Positions 56,888 to 62,000 of a DNA stretch of 62,000 nucleotides are shown piece by piece. Source of the DNA: Diadema setosum (taxonomy: Eukaryota); assembly GCF_964275005.1 (NCBI RefSeq), contig NC_092704.1, forward strand, positions 35,154,001 to 35,216,000, given 5' to 3'. The notes under the pieces were generated by a model. It searched no databases. It was not told the origin of the DNA and saw nothing but the letters and a program-made list of their open reading frames with translations. Position 1 is the first letter of the stretch. Each line of letters begins with the position of its first letter. The position numbers and the translations under genes were made by a program.

Positions 56888-59800
56888 TTAAATTGTACAG
56901 CTACTGTTATCATTCATAATGCAACAAAATTTGCACGTCACGACTTGGCATAGCGTGATGTGACCGAGACGACTGTGGTAGATTTCCATTGAAATCAACA
57001 CAATTTCCTTCGTAATTCATCAAATTCTACCCTGCACCAGGTGACCTGGTGAATGGGAGGTCCCACTGAGCATCACAGGGGATCAATTTAATGAGCAGGA
57101 AATGAGGACCAGGTACCTAATGGGGGTGAGGGAGTGTAAATTGAGTTTCTGAACTTGGCTGATGATTGCAGTGCCAGGTGTCGTGAAGTACATGCAGTCA
57201 AACCTGAGATAGGGGCAACTTGTGTACAAGGACCATCTGTTCAAAGACAGATTTGATTTTCTATAGTTGTAGGTGTTTGTGTGCAATTAGACCTGTGTAG
57301 AAAGACCATCTGCTCTCCATGGCATACTGACTACTCTCTGCAATCTCTGAAGATTTCTCCTACCTCTAATCAATATCAATATTCCATTGTATTTGTATTC
57401 ATCTCATTACAATAAAATCAATGCATTAAAATGTCAAATGAGATTACATATAATAGAAAAGTTTTTTATCATATTCCAATTCTACCATAAGACTTTTGCT
57501 GACAATTCCTAAGCATGTCTGAAGCTTGATGACATGGCTGAAAACTGGATTCAAGATATTCACATGTAATAAAACAAACAGGTGCAGGGTATCTAACCTC
57601 TCATAGAAACAATATATTTCTGACTTTAAATTTGAATTTGAATACATTAATAGTAAACTGGCCTACTTAAGACACTACGGGATTACGTTATATAAAATCA
57701 AAAGGCATGATCACAGAGACCATATGCACCACTGGTACTTTTCATGAACCCTTTAAATATCAACCCTTGTCAAGTATCTACCTCAAAGACTTCTCCACAA
57801 GAGAATTCTCACACAACAAATTACATTATTGACTGACGAGTGATATGACAGAGATAAATTTAGAAAGGAAATAAAACATCCTTCCATGACTAGCTGGTCT
57901 ATTCATTCAATTTTCTTCAGATATTGTGACTTGATGAGATGACATGATCTACGGCTAAATGTATCTCTCCAATACGCCATTCCAGGTTGTTGTTTTGTTG
58001 TTGTTTTTTATGGTTACTGAAGCCTCTTTTACTTCTTTATGAAACTCTGGAGATATTTGAAGGCAAGATACCACAGATGGTCAAATGGTCAAATTTCAGC
58101 ATTCGATCGGCTCAATTCACACTTTGGCTACGCAATAAAACACATGTACCATGATATTTTACCAATGTAATGCTCTCCGAGGGACTTCACAGTTATAAGA
58201 TTTTTTGTTCTTCTTCTTATTTTTTGGTAAACAGGCTTCAAAACACATTTCATGCTGATCAAGTTATTTTACAATTGAAGCAAACTTCTATCAAATGCTT
58301 ACTTTCTTATTTCCTTCAGCAATACTGTGCTAGTTCTTCCCATCAAGCTTTGTTCAATTCTGGGTGTTTGTATGTAATCTGAATGGTTTGACATACTGAA
58401 GATGATTGGGGAGATGGAACTCAACTTGACCTTGTATTCACCACCACCACGATGCCTACATATATGAAGTACTCTTGCATGTAAGTGCATTGAGAGTTGA
58501 GTGTCTGATTGAAAAGACAGGGAGTTTGTGACAGCCTTTCTATCGAATGTCATTTGCAGTTTGTGGTTGGTAAAGGAACTCGTTTCACTGCTTGTCAGAG
58601 CACTCCATAACTCTTAACACATTTGGAAATGTGTTTCAGCACATGATAAGAGATAAATTCTTCTCGAGTCTGAATGAAGCCCCTCTCTGTTTGCTGCTGG
58701 AAATCTTCTGTTAGAGTTGGAATCATCATGGAGACAGAATTCTATTTGGTGGGAAATTAGACTGGTTTGTCCATCTGTGTACAAATAGAAGCTTTCCCTT
58801 GAAGAACACTTTAAAGGTTTCCTAATGACATCTACTAACATCAACTACTAACATCTTCCAATGACAATTCATACTTTGTATTATGTGTTTCAGATGACAT
58901 GACCATGCTGATATATTGAGAGTAACTTTAATAATAAAAATCAAGTTTTATTTTTCTTTCCCTACAGCAGCAATAAGATGCAGAACATGCAATACTGAAA
59001 TAATTTGTAGAATTCCGAAGGAAGGATATTTGTATGAGAGCATCACTTTGAAATGCACATTCTGAGAGAATGTTACTGCCACTTGAAAAATGATTTTTTT
59101 TTTCCTCATCCACTGTTTTCATGTTTGTTTTTATTTTTCTTCTTCTCTTTTGGGGCATATATCCTAATTCTGTGGGATAAAGAACTGGCAAAAAATGAGG
59201 TTCAATATCAGAAAAACCCTGTTGTCTGGCTTGGAACATATCTCCTCCATCAAAAGGAGTCTATTGAGTTGACACTACAACAATACATAAGCAAAGGGTA
59301 ACGGTTCTTCTAGCTGGTACACTATGGCAGTCTTTCAGCAGGATTTGGGATGGTGATATACCATGCACTCACACCCCCTAGCTCAAGGCACGGCAGTAGA
59401 GAAAGACGGGAGTGTACGATTACAAGGAACAGTTTTTGGCAATAGGTTCCTCAACAGTACACACAGAATCCTGACATCTCAACACTTGCATTCAATGATT
59501 GATGCAGGGTATCCGTAGAGTTGTCATAGCAACAAACACCTAACAATAAACTCCTGTGTGGCTTGTCAAGGTACAGAGACAGTGAAGCGAACAGCATGCT
59601 CTTACACAAATTTTTCTTGGTTGGAACTATGGGAACCCATTCAAATAGTTATTTACAGTCTTCAAATGTTCACCAGAGATCATTGAGATTGTGAAAAAGA
59701 AAACAAACCCTCAAGCACAAAGTTACTCACAAATACAATCAGTAAAATCACAGGAACACAGAGCATTTTTGTCAGTAAAATCAAACAAGTTGTCTTGTGC

Positions 59801-59951
59801 GATGTCCTGCATGATAAGATCCCATTCAACAACCTGCTTGGTTCTAGGAACATTATGGATCAGAAGGGTAAAAGAAATATTTATATTTCTATAAAGTATT
59901 ATTTTTGCTATAAGTTATTTCATTCCACAGAAATGAACATAATGACCAAAG

Positions 59952-60347
59952 CAGGGATGCCAAGTTCAAAAAATTTTTATGAGTGAGATTTTCATGACTC
60001 GGCATCGTTCGGCATCTCGGCGCGCGAATATGCGCGCAAGCGAGGATGTAGGAAGGGTTTTTCCCCCTGTGGCCTCCCACGGTAGGGAGCTTTTTCAGTT
60101 TTTAGCTCTTAATGGTGCGATCAGGTGCATACTTAAGTGACCAATTTTTACTTATTTTGAAAGACGTAAGGGAAATATACCTTCAATTGCAACTATCACT
60201 TTAATCTTTTGAGCTATGCTCCTTATTATAGGCCCAAGTTGCAGACTTCGCCCAATGCGTGAGAAAAATGGGTGCCATGCGTGAGATCGTGAGACAGACC
60301 CTAAATGCTTGAGTCTCACGCAGAATGCGTGAGACTTGGTAGCTCTG
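59952..60347. mobile_element. Degenerate hAT-like MITE
   Basis: cagggatgccaagt...acttggtagctctg imperfect TIRs; repeated gcgtgaga motifs. Confidence 0.5.
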
Positions 60348-62000
60348 CCAAGGTGATATAGAAGTGGCAGATATATTGAAGCTTAAATGAAACCAGGTAA
60401 ATGCTATGAAGTACAGATCATCTGAGCACACTTGCAACATCTTATGACATCCAATGTGTGTTCTGAATTATTTATTCCAGTCATGTGACCCTATCAAACC
60501 ACAAGTATCTCAAATATTCTTTGTGACAGTTTTCTAAAGACAGTTTCCTCATACCTTTTCTCACAGAAGAAGAAAGCAGAATCAATCCAAAGACATCATG
60601 AATTTTATCAAATTCTTTGTATTAAACAGGAGTATTAAAATCACCAGCATTGCTCACTCAGGAACATAAAGATTATTGCTGTGTATTTTTGGTGTTGCTG
60701 ATTTGACCTTACATGAACTTTCAGCAGACAGGCTTCTATTGTTAGCTGAAAGTAAGCATCATGCACACATGAATAAATGTTTTTGAGTTGTTTGTGTATT
60801 CATAAGCATCATCATGGTCAAAGTACTCTGACAAAAGTACCAAACTTGGTTTTAGTATAAAACTACCACTTCTATCTGCCTCCTGTCACCTGTATAGAGC
60901 GACCATCTTTACACAAGAGCATGTGTGTTCTGTTCCCTTTGGGATGCTTCCTATCAAACTAGCAGGTTGCAAACTTTTCATTCATCTTATCTTGAGTGAT
61001 GTGTTCCTAGCTATTAAAAAAAAAAATGATAACCTTCGACAGGTTCACCACTAATAGTACCAGACATGTGGACACAAAAGTACTAATCACTCTGGAAATA
61101 TTGCAGCAACAAAATATATGTTAATCCAGTAAATGCTATAAAGTTGAAACACAGATTATGAATGATGAACAAGACATAATAGGCCTTGGAAATCATACTA
61201 CCATCTCACTCACCTTCCATATTTCTGTTTGTAGTGTTACCATTAATCACAGGTGAAAGAGGAAACAATGAATCCAGAGTACCACCTCAAGGGTAAACAA
61301 AATTGGCTCCACATTCAAGTGGTTCACTCTCCACTGGGGTTACTCCTCTTCAGTCACACGGTGAAGTGCAGAAAATCAGGCCAAGCAAGTTTGTGGTAAG
61401 AATTCTCTAAATACTGACAAGCATGCACAGCATGAGTGTAGAAACACTTTCAGGCAAACATACACAGAAGAAGTTTGCATACGTTGTCTTGCTTTCCTCC
61501 ACAAAATGGCAGTCTTCAGGGAAAGAGATTGTTAGATGGCTGATCATATGATGAGCATTCCTCCAGTTCAATGTTTCTTTACCTATTGTAGTCTAGTCTG
61601 CTCTCCCTCCCTGTAGCTCATCACAGTCAGAGTTTGTTGTCAGGCAGGAGCTGACTATACACAGGGAAGCATTTGTCACCAATACTTTGAACATGCCAAA
61701 AGACCAGCAGGGTCGTCCCGACGAAAGAGGGGGAGGGAGAGACTGAGGGGGGAAAAAGTGGCTTCTACCGTTGTCAAGTGCAAACTGCAGGTGCGATCTC
61801 ACCAGCTCTGCTCATGCAGAAATGCAAGTTCAGAGAGCGCAAGAGAACAGAAGTTTGTCAAGGCCAAAGTGTCTCTACGCTCGTTTGGAGTTTTGGGGTA
61901 GGGGTGGGAGAGCTCTGCAGAATAACACGACTCTGATCAGAGGTGACAAATGAACTGGCAGGCTACTGTATGCTTCTCTTCAAAGCCTGGTCCTAGCATA

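Overview
AT-rich animal genomic DNA; the repeat landscape looks echinoderm/sea-urchin-like (inference). The window lies inside the large 5' introns of a minus-strand gene whose two clear exons (17813-18000 and 2592-2693) splice in frame into a peptide resembling the SRCIN1/KIAA1217 (sickle tail) N-terminus; several candidate phase-1 upstream exons also occur. An apparently intact 11,078-bp Ty3/Gypsy LTR retrotransposon (4772-15849) sits antisense in one intron. It has a GTTC TSD, two 1,970-bp LTRs with no difference seen by eye, a tRNA-Arg-type PBS, a PPT, gag and a -1 frameshifted pol. The most unusual feature is the LTR. It appears to hold a 1,669-nt GT-AG intron whose last 58 nt exactly repeat the 58 nt before its donor, with AATAAA just ahead of the second copy. 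This suggests a 'split-R' design in which a spliced genome RNA can regenerate the intron at reverse transcription. The rest of the window holds many MITEs (some nested or fold-back) and a 282-bp Penelope-like insertion forming a 119-bp perfect palindrome with a hammerhead ribozyme motif on each strand. All coordinates and comparisons were read by eye; no searches were run.
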